NCBI GenBank assembly: GCA_964557545.1
Contig: CAZLAK010000004.1
Coordinates: 29,088-53,087 of the forward strand
DNA length: 24,000 nt
DNA from: an uncultured Pelotomaculum sp.
GTDB lineage: Bacteria > Bacillota > Desulfotomaculia > Desulfotomaculales > Pelotomaculaceae
Direction: 5' to 3'
Part shown: piece by piece, positions 15,917 through 24,000 of the stretch
How the letters are laid out: every line of letters begins with the position of its first letter
Numbering within the stretch: position 1 is the stretch's first letter
Position numbers and translations under genes: made by a program
The notes under the pieces: model-generated
The model's input: the letters and a program-made list of their open reading frames with translations, nothing else
Databases searched by the model: none
Told to the model about the DNA's origin: nothing

Positions 15917-17467
15917 ATGCGGGTAGTTACTGCCGGCGAAATGAAAGAACTGGACAGGGCGGCTATAGAAGACTACGGCATTTTGGGCCTGGTGCTCATG
16001 GAAAATGCCGGACGCCAGGTGGTGGAAGTAATAAAAAGCGTGCTGGGGGAACTGCGCAATAAGTCCATCACGGTGTTTGTGGGCAAGGGCAACAACGGGG
16101 GTGACGGACTGGTGGCGGCCCGCCACCTCCTAAACGCCGGGGCCCAGGTGAAGGTGCTCTCTTTGGCGCCGCCGGAAGAGTTCTCGGGAGACGCCAAAAT
16201 AAACTTAAACATCTGGCGGAAGATGGAACAAAAAGTCTATTTTATTCACCAGGGCGACGGCATAAATATAGTCAGGCTGGTGCTCTTAAACACGGACTTC
16301 ATCGTAGATGCCATTTACGGAACCGGTTTTCGCGGGGAAGTAAATGAGCGGGTCGGTCGCATTATGGAGGTTTTAAACGGCAGCGGCAAGCCCATTGTGG
16401 CGGTGGACGTTCCATCGGGATTAGAAGCCGACACCGGACGGGTAAAGGGTCAGTGCATCCGGGCTACCCATACCGTCACCTTTGGGCTTCCCAAACTGGG
16501 CCTTATCTTGGAGCCTGGTGCCGGATACGCGGGCCAGCTGCACGTGGCCGACATCTCCATTCCGTCAGTGCTGGTAGAAAAATCGGCACCGCCGCGCTAC
16601 CTGGTCACCCCTCAGCTGGTCGGGGAGTGGCTGCCGGTGAGGCCGCCCAGTGCCCACAAGGGCGACTTTGGCCGCGTGCTGGTCGTGGCCGGGTCGCGCG
16701 GCATGACGGGGGCGGCCTGCCTGGCGGGAGAAGGGGCTTTAAGGACCGGCGCCGGCCTGGTCACCGTGGCCGTGCCGGAGAGCCTGCACGACATTATGGA
16801 GGTAAAACTTACCGAAGTGATGACCGCGCCTTTAGCGGACAACGGGCGCGGCACCCTTTCCCGGGAAGCGCGCCCGCAGATATTAGAACTGCTCAAAAAG
16901 GCGGACGTGCTGGCCATAGGTCCCGGCCTGTCAGCAGTGACCGAGGTGGCGGCCCTGGTGAGGGAACTTTTGCCGGCCGTGAAAGTGCCCTGCGTTTTAG
17001 ACGCCGATGCCCTAAATGTCCTGGCTGGTTCCCCGGAAGTGTTGAGGAGGCTGCAGGGGCCGGCGGTTATCACTCCCCACCCGGGGGAGATGGCCAGGCT
17101 TTTGGGTATTACCGTGAAAGAAGTTCAGGAAGAAAGACTGGCAGTGGCTGCCCGGGCAGCTGCTTCCTTAAATGTAGTCGTCCTCTTAAAGGGTGCCCGC
17201 AGTGTGGTGGCCTCGCCGGACGGAGCCGTGTACATAAATTCGACCGGCAACCCGGGTATGGCCAGCGGCGGGACGGGCGACGTCTTAACCGGGGCAGTGG
17301 CCGCGCTGCTGGCTCAGGGTTTAGAGCCGGCGCGGGCCGCGGCGGCGGCAGCTTTTCTCCACGGGCTGGCCGGGGACCTGGCAGCTGCCCAGAAGGGCTT
17401 TATGGGGCTTACAGCGGGTGATGTGCTGGAATTTTTGCCGGCAGCGGCCCGGGAGATATCCCGCTAG
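15917..17467 (+). CDS. nnr: Bifunctional NAD(P)H-hydrate repair enzyme Nnr (epimerase + ADP-dependent dehydratase, YjeF)
   Basis: N-terminal YjeF_N (...VFVGKGNNGGDGLVAARHL...DAIYGTGF...) and a C-terminal carbohydrate-kinase domain (...HKGDFGRVLVVAGS...GGTGDVLTG...). ATG at 15917 follows AAGGGGTGAG. The track start at 15839 overlaps acpS. Confidence 0.9.
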   Translation: MRVVTAGEMKELDRAAIEDYGILGLVLMENAGRQVVEVIKSVLGELRNKSITVFVGKGNNGGDGLVAARHLLNAGAQVKVLSLAPPEEFSGDAKINLNIWRKMEQKVYFIHQGDGINIVRLVLLNTDFIVDAIYGTGFRGEVNERVGRIMEVLNGSGKPIVAVDVPSGLEADTGRVKGQCIRATHTVTFGLPKLGLILEPGAGYAGQLHVADISIPSVLVEKSAPPRYLVTPQLVGEWLPVRPPSAHKGDFGRVLVVAGSRGMTGAACLAGEGALRTGAGLVTVAVPESLHDIMEVKLTEVMTAPLADNGRGTLSREARPQILELLKKADVLAIGPGLSAVTEVAALVRELLPAVKVPCVLDADALNVLAGSPEVLRRLQGPAVITPHPGEMARLLGITVKEVQEERLAVAARAAASLNVVVLLKGARSVVASPDGAVYINSTGNPGMASGGTGDVLTGAVAALLAQGLEPARAAAAAAFLHGLAGDLAAAQKGFMGLTAGDVLEFLPAAAREISR

Positions 17468-17485
17468 GGTAAAGGGTGGTGCGTT

Positions 17486-18619
17486 ATGAAGGCCTCTTAC
17501 CCCGTATGGGCGGAAGTGGACCTGGCGGCAGTGGCCCATAATGTCAGGGAAATCAGGCGTATAACGGACTCTAGGGCGGCGGTGATGGCCGTAGTAAAGG
17601 CCAACGCATACGGCCACGGGGCAGCGGCCGTATCCAGGACGGCACTGGCCAACGGGGCCCGCTGGCTGGGTGTGGCCAGGGTATCCGAAGGGGCCGAGCT
17701 AAGGGCGGCGGGTATTGACGCCCCCGTGCTGGTCCTGGGTTACACGCCGCCGGACGCCGTAGCCGCAGCGCTGCGCCTAAACCTGTCCCTGACCGTGTAC
17801 AGTCTGGATACAGCTGTGATTGCCGCCGGAGTGGCTTCCTCTTTGGGGAAAAGAGCTCGCCTGCACTTTAAAGTGGACACCGGTATGGGCCGCCTGGGCT
17901 GGCTGCCCGGAAAAAAGGCAGTGCAGGAGATCTTAAAGGCAGCCAGCCTGCCGGGTGTAGAGGCGGAAGGGATCTTCACCCACTTTGCCGCCGCCGACGC
18001 CGCGGACAAAACATACACCTTGCTCCAGCTGGAGAAATTTTTGGACCTGATCCGGGATCTGGAGAAAGCCGGCCTTAATTTTCCCCTGCGCCACGCCGCC
18101 AACAGCGCGGCTATTATGGAAGTGCCGGATTCCCACCTGGACATGGTGCGGGCCGGCATTGCCGTCTACGGCCTTTACCCCTCGGACGAGGTCGACCGCT
18201 CGAAACTGCGCCTAAAGCCGGCGCTGAGCTTAAAGGCCCAGGTGGCCCACGTAAAAGAAGTGCCCGCCGGCTTTGCGGTGAGCTACGGCTGCACTTACAA
18301 AACACCCCGCCCCACGGTCATTGCCACGCTGCCGCTCGGTTATGCCGACGGTTATTCCCGCCGCCTCTCCTCCGTAGGGGAGGTGCTCTTGGGAGGCCAA
18401 AGGGTGCCGGTGATCGGGAGGGTCTGTATGGACCAGATCATGGTGGATGCCGGCAGCGTCCCAGGAGTGAGCCCCGGCGATGAAGCGGTGTTAATCGGCC
18501 GGCAGGGAGATGAAGAAATAAGCGCCGATGAGATAGCCCGTTGGATCGGCACTATTAACTACGAAGTCACCTGCGCGGTGAGCGGCCGCGTGCCCCGGGT
18601 GTACACTGCTATTGAGTAA
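17486..18619 (+). CDS. alr: Alanine racemase
   Basis: [11 protein letters not shown] contains the PLP-lysine motif. ...VDTGMGRLG... and ...YGCTY...GYADGY...R(V)CMDQ... are present. 377 aa. Confidence 0.93.
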   Translation: MKASYPVWAEVDLAAVAHNVREIRRITDSRAAVMAVVKANAYGHGAAAVSRTALANGARWLGVARVSEGAELRAAGIDAPVLVLGYTPPDAVAAALRLNLSLTVYSLDTAVIAAGVASSLGKRARLHFKVDTGMGRLGWLPGKKAVQEILKAASLPGVEAEGIFTHFAAADAADKTYTLLQLEKFLDLIRDLEKAGLNFPLRHAANSAAIMEVPDSHLDMVRAGIAVYGLYPSDEVDRSKLRLKPALSLKAQVAHVKEVPAGFAVSYGCTYKTPRPTVIATLPLGYADGYSRRLSSVGEVLLGGQRVPVIGRVCMDQIMVDAGSVPGVSPGDEAVLIGRQGDEEISADEIARWIGTINYEVTCAVSGRVPRVYTAIE

Positions 18620-18634
18620 AGGAGCAAAATCTTA

Positions 18635-18663
18635 TTGTATTTTTATGCAACTGCTTGTATAAT
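18635..18663 (+). promoter_or_regulatory. Promoter of the arg operon (TTGTAT-17 nt-TATAAT)
   Basis: TTGTAT at 18635-18640 and TATAAT at 18658-18663, followed by a T-rich leader of about 95 nt. Confidence 0.55.
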
Positions 18664-18762
18664 TATAAAAACTGGCACCATAAGGAATATTTTTGCCGCG
18701 CGTTTTCTTTTCTTTTTTTGTTTTTATGTCATTTTTATATACTTTTATGGAAGTGAGCGAGG

Positions 18763-19812
18763 ATGAAAAAAGTGAAGGTAAGCATTATCGGGGCAACCGG
18801 TTACACCGGGGCAGAGCTGGTGAGGATCCTTTCCCGCCACCCCGGTGCAGAACTGGTACGGCTCACCACCCAATCCTACGTTGGCCAGCCCATGTGGGAG
18901 GTTTACCCCCACCTTTACGCTTTTTGCGACAAGGTGGGCGAAAAACTGAACCTGCCGGCGCTCATCGAGGACTCGGATGTTATCTTTATTGCCCTGCCTC
19001 ACGGGCACTCCGTGCCGGTGGCCAAAGAAGCCGTGCAGGGGGGCAAAAAGGTCGTAGACTTGGGTGCTGACTTCCGCTTAAAGGACCGCCGGACTTACGA
19101 GACGTGGTACAAGCTGGAACACACGGCTGAAGAGCTCCTTGAAAGGGCCGTTTACGGCCTGCCGGAGCTGTACCGGGAGGAAATTGCCGGGGCTTCGCTG
19201 GTGGCCAACCCGGGGTGCTACCCGACGGGGGCAGTGCTGGGGCTGGCGCCGCTTTTAAAAAACGGTCTGATCGACCCGGATACTGTTATTATCGACGCCA
19301 AGTCGGGCGTCTCAGGGGCGGGGCGCGCCTTGTCCCTGGGTTCGCACTTTTGTGAAGTGAACGAAAACTTTAAAGCCTACGGGGTGGCCTCCCACCGGCA
19401 CACGCCGGAAATAGAGCAGGAGCTTTCGTTTCTTGCCGGCCGCAGAATAACGGTATCCTTCACCCCCCATCTCCTGCCCGTTACCCGGGGGATTTTGAGC
19501 ACCATCTACGCCAGCCTGGCTGAACCGTCCGTAACCTGCGGCGGTCTTGTGGAGCTCTACCGCTCCTTTTACGCCGGGCACCCGTTTGTGCGCGTGCTGC
19601 CGGAAGGGCTTTTGCCCCAGATCAAGTGGGTGGCCGGCACCAACACGTGCGATATCGGCTTTGCCCTGGACGGCAGAACCGGGCGGGTGATCGTGGTGAC
19701 GGCTATAGACAACCTCGTCAAAGGGGCTTCCGGCCAGGCCGTGCAGAACATGAACATTATGTGCGGTTTTCCCGAAGATACTGCCCTGTCCGGCCCGTCA
19801 CTCTATCCTTAA
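18763..19812 (+). CDS. argC: N-acetyl-gamma-glutamyl-phosphate reductase
   Basis: KVSIIGATGYTGAELVRIL... at the N-terminus and ...ANPGCYPT... as the active-site Cys. 349 aa. Confidence 0.95.
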   Translation: MKKVKVSIIGATGYTGAELVRILSRHPGAELVRLTTQSYVGQPMWEVYPHLYAFCDKVGEKLNLPALIEDSDVIFIALPHGHSVPVAKEAVQGGKKVVDLGADFRLKDRRTYETWYKLEHTAEELLERAVYGLPELYREEIAGASLVANPGCYPTGAVLGLAPLLKNGLIDPDTVIIDAKSGVSGAGRALSLGSHFCEVNENFKAYGVASHRHTPEIEQELSFLAGRRITVSFTPHLLPVTRGILSTIYASLAEPSVTCGGLVELYRSFYAGHPFVRVLPEGLLPQIKWVAGTNTCDIGFALDGRTGRVIVVTAIDNLVKGASGQAVQNMNIMCGFPEDTALSGPSLYP

Positions 19813-19832
19813 AAACAGGGGGTGCACTCAGC

Positions 19833-21041
19833 TTGGAACAAGCTTTTATTGACGGCGGCGTGACGGCGCCCGAAGGTTTTCTGGCCGGCGCGGCCTGTGC
19901 CGCCATTAAAAGAAAAGACAAAGAAGACGTGGCCGTTTTGTACTCTTTGGTTCCAGCCGCAGCCGCCGGGGTTTTTACGGCCAACCGGGTAAAGGCGGCG
20001 CCTGTGCTCCTTTGCATGGAGCGCCTGGCAGGCGGCCGGGCGCAGGCGGTAGTGGCTAACAGCGGCAACGCCAACGCCTGCAACGGCGAAGGGGGGCTGA
20101 GCGATGCCCGGGCTGTGACGGCGGCCGCCGCCGGCGTGCTCGGCATTCCCGAGGAGTACGTTTTGGCGGCCTCCACGGGGGTGATCGGCAGGAGGCTTCC
20201 CCTGGACAGGGTGCTTCCCGCCGTGCGGCAAGCATCGGCCAGCCTTGCGCGCGAGGGCGGCGCCCGGGCGGCAGAAGCCATTATGACCACCGACACCTTC
20301 AGAAAAGAAGCGGCCCTCTCCTTTACGTGCGGCGGCCGGCGGGTCACCATCGGAGGGATGGCCAAGGGCTCGGGGATGATCCACCCCAACCTGGCCACCA
20401 TGCTCTGCTTTTTGACCACCGACGCGGCTGTTACGCCGGCCTGCCTGCGCCAGGCTTTGAAGAGCGCTGTTGACATGACGTTCAACATGATCACCGTGGA
20501 CGGCGACACCAGCACCAACGATATGGCCGTTGTCCTGGCCAACGGTCTGGCGGGCAACGAGGAGATCTGCGCGCCGGGTGAGGATTACCGTATTTTTGTG
20601 GAAGCTCTGACCGCAGTCTGTAAAAAGCTGGCCGTAGACATTGCCCGTGACGGCGAAGGGGCGACAAAACTCATTGAAGTTACCGTGCGCGGCGCGGCTA
20701 CCGAAGAAGACGCGCGGCTGGCGGCGCGGGCAGTGGCCGCTTCCAACTTGGTGAAGGCGGCCGTTTTCGGGCGAGACGCCAACTGGGGCCGCATTCTCTG
20801 CGCTGCCGGCTACTCGGGAGCATCTTTTGATCCGGGCCTGGTGGACGTATTTTTAGGCGGGCTGCAGGTGGCCGCCGGCGGCTCCGGCCTTGATTTCGAC
20901 GAGGAAAAGGCCAAAGAAATCTTGGGCGGGGAGAAGGTAGAGATTGTTTTGGACTTTAAAGAGGGCAGCTGCAACGCCACCGCCTGGGGCTGCGACCTCT
21001 CGTACGATTATGTGAAGATCAACGCCGATTACCGCACTTAG
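19833..21041 (+). CDS. argJ: Bifunctional ornithine acetyltransferase / N-acetylglutamate synthase ArgJ
   Basis: ...GVTAPEGF...[18 protein letters not shown]... contains the autocleavage site. TTG at 19833 follows GGGGGTG. The track ORF's upstream 69 aa overlap argC and are Arg/Gly-rich junk. Confidence 0.92.
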   Translation: MEQAFIDGGVTAPEGFLAGAACAAIKRKDKEDVAVLYSLVPAAAAGVFTANRVKAAPVLLCMERLAGGRAQAVVANSGNANACNGEGGLSDARAVTAAAAGVLGIPEEYVLAASTGVIGRRLPLDRVLPAVRQASASLAREGGARAAEAIMTTDTFRKEAALSFTCGGRRVTIGGMAKGSGMIHPNLATMLCFLTTDAAVTPACLRQALKSAVDMTFNMITVDGDTSTNDMAVVLANGLAGNEEICAPGEDYRIFVEALTAVCKKLAVDIARDGEGATKLIEVTVRGAATEEDARLAARAVAASNLVKAAVFGRDANWGRILCAAGYSGASFDPGLVDVFLGGLQVAAGGSGLDFDEEKAKEILGGEKVEIVLDFKEGSCNATAWGCDLSYDYVKINADYRT

Positions 21042-21057
21042 AAGGCTTAGGGGGGTT

Positions 21058-21948
21058 TTGGACTTGCAATCTGCCCTGGAAAAGGCAGCCGTGCTGGTGG
21101 AAGCGCTGCCCTACATCAAAAAGTTTTACGGGCGGACAGTGGTTGTAAAGTACGGCGGCCACGCCATGCTCAATGAAGAGCTGAAAGAAGCCGTGCTCAC
21201 CGATGCCGTGCTCATGAAGTACGTGGGCATGCACCCGGTAATTGTTCACGGCGGGGGGCCGGAAATAAGCAAAATGCTCGGGCGCCTGGGGGTGGAGTCG
21301 CGCTTTGTGGGGGGGCTCAGGGTCACAGACGAGGAAACCATGGAAGTGGTGGAGATGGTGCTGGCCGGCAAGATCAACAAGGAAATCGTCGCCCGCCTAA
21401 ACCGCATCGGCGGCCGGGCAGTGGGTCTTTGCGGCAAAGATGCCGATCTCTTTTTGGCGGTAAAGAAGTACCGGCGGGTAAAAGGGGCAAGCGGCGAGGA
21501 AACAGTGGACATCGGCCTGGTCGGTGAGATTGCCGAAGTGAACCCCGGTATTGTGCAGACCGTCATCGCCCAGGGCTACATTCCCGTGGTGGCGCCCGTA
21601 GCCGCCGGGTACGGCGGGGAAAGCTACAACATTAACGCCGATTACGCTGCCGGCCGCCTGGCCGCCGCGCTGGGCGCCGACAAGCTGATCATCCTCACCG
21701 ACGTCGAGGGCATTCTGGCCGACCGCCGGGACCCTTCTTCTCTTATCTCCGTGCTCAAGGCGGCAGATGTGCCGCGCCTCATCGAAGAGGGTAAGATCGA
21801 CGGCGGCATGATCCCCAAGGTGGAGTGCTGCCTGGACGCTCTGGCCGGGGGGGTGCGGACCACGCACATCATCGACGGCCGGGTGCCGCACTGCATCCTC
21901 TTAGAAGTGTTCACCGACCGGGGCATCGGCACCATGGTGGAAAAGTAG
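21058..21948 (+). CDS. argB: Acetylglutamate kinase
   Basis: ...[23 protein letters not shown]...[10 protein letters not shown]... is the canonical ArgB sequence. The start is TTG at 21058 or, with better RBS spacing, TTG at 21064. Confidence 0.93.
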   Translation: MDLQSALEKAAVLVEALPYIKKFYGRTVVVKYGGHAMLNEELKEAVLTDAVLMKYVGMHPVIVHGGGPEISKMLGRLGVESRFVGGLRVTDEETMEVVEMVLAGKINKEIVARLNRIGGRAVGLCGKDADLFLAVKKYRRVKGASGEETVDIGLVGEIAEVNPGIVQTVIAQGYIPVVAPVAAGYGGESYNINADYAAGRLAAALGADKLIILTDVEGILADRRDPSSLISVLKAADVPRLIEEGKIDGGMIPKVECCLDALAGGVRTTHIIDGRVPHCILLEVFTDRGIGTMVEK

Positions 21949-21974
21949 TGATTTTCTAAAGGGGGTCGTTTTTT

Positions 21975-23174
21975 TTGACAACCCGTGAAATAATCGAGCT
22001 GGGTGATGTATACCTAATGAAAAATTACGCCCGCCTCCCGCTTGTGCCCGTGCGGGGGCAGGGGGTACGCCTTTGGGATGCCGACGGCAAGGAGTACCTG
22101 GACTTTGTGGCCGGTGTGGCCGTCAACTCTTTGGGGCACTGCCACCCGGCAGTAGTGAGGGCGGTGACGGAACAGGCTAAAAAGCTTATCCACTGCTCCA
22201 ACCTGTACTATATAGAGCAGCAGGTTAAGCTGGCCCGGCTGCTGGTGGAAAACACGCCTTTGGACAGGGCTTTTTTCTGCAACAGCGGGGCCGAGGCCAA
22301 CGAGGCGGCCATCAAGCTGGCCCGCAAGTACGCCAAGTTGAAGCACGGGTCGCATAAGACGGTGATCATCACCGCCGAAAATTCCTTCCACGGGCGCACC
22401 CTGGCCACCATCACCGCCACCGGCCAGCCCAAGTACCAAAAAGGGTTTGAGCCGCTCGTGCCCGGCTTTGTGCACGTTCCCTTCAACGACTTAGACGCCC
22501 TGGAGGCGGCCATGGGGCCGCAAGTATGCGCCGTAATGCTAGAGCCGGTGCAGGGCGAAGGCGGGGTCAACGTGGCCTCCCGCTACTATTTAGAAGGGGC
22601 CAAAATGCTCTGCCAGCAGCACGGAGCGCTTCTCATCTTCGATGAAGTGCAGACCGGCTTAGGCCGCACCGGGCGCTTTTTGGCCTGCCAGCACTTTGGG
22701 GTAGAGCCGGACATCCTTACCCTGGCCAAAGCGCTGGGGGGCGGTGTGCCCATCGGGGCCATGCTGGCCAAAGAGGAAGCGGCCGCTGCTTTTTCTCCCG
22801 GCGACCACGCCTCCACCTTTGGCGGCAACCCCCTAGCCTGTGCCGCCGCCCTGGCCGCCTTAGAGGAGCTTTTATACGGCGGGGTGATAGAAAACGCCGC
22901 CGCCGTAGGGGCTTACCTGTACGACCGCCTTGGGGAGCTGGCCCAAAAGCACCGCATCATTACCGGCGTGCGCGGGCTGGGCCTTTTGCTCGGCGCCGAA
23001 CTGGCCGTGGACGGAGGTCCAATAGTCGACGCCTGCCGGGAAAAGGGCCTTCTCATCAACTGCGTGGGCGGTCGCGTGCTGCGCTTTGCCCCGCCGCTCA
23101 TCATTACCCGCGCTGACGTTGACCGGGCTGTGGCCGCGCTGGACGGGGTGCTGTCCGCAGTACAGCCAGCTTGA
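21975..23174 (+). CDS. argD: Acetylornithine aminotransferase
   Basis: Class-III aminotransferase motifs are present (...FCNSGAEANEAAIKLARK...LIFDEVQTGLGRTG...TLAKALGGG...). Arg-operon context. Confidence 0.93.
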   Translation: MTTREIIELGDVYLMKNYARLPLVPVRGQGVRLWDADGKEYLDFVAGVAVNSLGHCHPAVVRAVTEQAKKLIHCSNLYYIEQQVKLARLLVENTPLDRAFFCNSGAEANEAAIKLARKYAKLKHGSHKTVIITAENSFHGRTLATITATGQPKYQKGFEPLVPGFVHVPFNDLDALEAAMGPQVCAVMLEPVQGEGGVNVASRYYLEGAKMLCQQHGALLIFDEVQTGLGRTGRFLACQHFGVEPDILTLAKALGGGVPIGAMLAKEEAAAAFSPGDHASTFGGNPLACAAALAALEELLYGGVIENAAAVGAYLYDRLGELAQKHRIITGVRGLGLLLGAELAVDGGPIVDACREKGLLINCVGGRVLRFAPPLIITRADVDRAVAALDGVLSAVQPA

Positions 23175-23247
23175 TTTTTAAACGTGCACCTGCAAAAAAG
23201 GTACAGCTCAGCATTTATTTCCTTAAACTAAAGGAAGTGATTTAACC

Positions 23248-24000
23248 TTGACTGGCAAAAGAGTAAACACCGACATTAATATAAAAGGGCGCCATTTTTT
23301 AAGCTTGCACGACTTTACTCCCGGGGAAATCATGGCCATTTTAGAGCTGTCCCGCGACCTCAAAGAAAAACAAAAGCGCGGCGAAGAACACCGCTACTTA
23401 AAGGGTAAAACCCTGGCCATGATCTTCCAAAAAGCCTCCACCCGCACGCGGGTCTCTTTCGAGGTGGCCATGTACCAACTGGGTGGCTACGCCCTTTACT
23501 TAAACGCCGCCGACTTACAGCTGGGGCGGGGAGAGACGATTGCCGACACCGCCCGGGTGCTCTCCCGCTACGTGGACGGCATTATGATCCGCACGTACAG
23601 CCACGCCGAGGTGGAAGAACTGGCCCGCTATGCCGGCGTGCCGGTGATCAACGGTTTGACCGACCTCCTGCACCCCTGCCAGGTGCTGGCCGACCTTTTG
23701 ACCGTGCTGGAGAAAAAAGGCCGGCTGGCGGGTTTAAAGCTGGCCTACGTGGGGGACGGCAACAACGTCTGCCACTCGCTGCTCTTCGGATGCGCCAAGA
23801 CGGGCGTAAACATCAGTGTGGCCTCCCCCGAGGGCTTTGGGCCGAAGGAGGAGATTGTGAGCGCGGCGCGCCGGGACGCCGTCGCTACCGGCAGCCGCAT
23901 TGAGATCGTCACCGACCCGGCCAAAGCCGTGGAGGGAGCCGACGTGGTGGTGACGGATGTCTGGACCAGCATGGGCCAGGAAAAAGACCGGGAGAAGAGG
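23248..24000 (+). CDS. argF: Ornithine carbamoyltransferase (5' part; runs off the window end)
   Basis: Not in the ORF track because it has no stop in the window. TTG at 23248 follows AAGGAAGTGA. Translation gives ...FQKASTRTRVSFEVA...HPCQVLAD...GDGNNV..., with the STRTR and HPxQ OTCase motifs. The frame stays open to 24000. Confidence 0.9.
   Translation, partial: MTGKRVNTDINIKGRHFLSLHDFTPGEIMAILELSRDLKEKQKRGEEHRYLKGKTLAMIFQKASTRTRVSFEVAMYQLGGYALYLNAADLQLGRGETIADTARVLSRYVDGIMIRTYSHAEVEELARYAGVPVINGLTDLLHPCQVLADLLTVLEKKGRLAGLKLAYVGDGNNVCHSLLFGCAKTGVNISVASPEGFGPKEEIVSAARRDAVATGSRIEIVTDPAKAVEGADVVVTDVWTSMGQEKDREKR

Noticed and set aside
18620-18762. ARG boxes (ArgR/AhrC operators) upstream of argC, for example TATGCAACTGCTTGTATA and TATGTCATTTTTATATAC.
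   Set aside because: By hand alignment they match the TNTGAATWWWWATTCANW consensus at only about half the positions, which is not distinguishable from AT-rich background.
352-23972. Numerous minus-strand and off-frame plus-strand ORFs in the track, for example 352-801(-), 2645-3148(-), 7630-8058(-), 16453-17421(+), 19757-20557(-) and 21397-21891(-).
   Set aside because: They lie entirely within well-supported + strand genes. They are rich in Arg, Pro, Gly, Ala and Ser, as shadow ORFs of G+C-rich coding DNA typically are, and they lack RBSs and recognisable motifs.
1-24000. I searched for CRISPR arrays, IS or transposase remnants, tRNA/rRNA genes, toxin-antitoxin pairs and long direct repeats.
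   Set aside because: None was seen. The intergenic regions are short, AT-rich promoter and terminator spacers with no repeat-spacer periodicity and no cloverleaf-like G+C-rich segments.

Overview
The window reads as an ordinary chromosomal region of a fairly high-G+C Gram-positive-type bacterium. All supported genes are on the + strand, with strong GGAGG-like RBSs, frequent GTG/TTG starts and sigma-A promoters, often with an extended -10. The gene content suggests an anaerobic, selenium-using Clostridia member, but I cannot identify the organism. In order: (1) a TPP-riboswitch-controlled thiamine operon thiS-thiG-thiH-thiE-thiC. (2) A macrodomain gene. (3) An arsenic-type metalloid cluster in three transcription units: acr3 plus a small CPxC thioredoxin-fold gene, an ArsP/DUF318-type permease, and arsR plus a frameshifted thioredoxin-fold gene absent from the ORF track. 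(4) A selenium cluster, selD-yedE-yedF. selD has an in-frame TGA (selenocysteine) followed by a SECIS-like hairpin, so the ORF track truncates its N-terminus. (5) An MBL-fold hydrolase. (6) A LytS-like histidine kinase with a LytTR response regulator. (7) acpS-nnr-alr. (8) An arginine operon argC-argJ-argB-argD-argF, with argF running off the window end. I found no CRISPR array, IS element, tRNA or rRNA. The points most worth follow-up are the Sec-recoded selD, a 16-bp perfect palindrome in its leader, the A7-tract frameshift gene coupled to arsR, and the recurrence of CxC motifs in a cluster with no arsC/arsA/arsD. Nothing here convinces me of a wholly new system. The metalloid/selenium region (about 5.3-13.1 kb) is the best candidate for undescribed biology.
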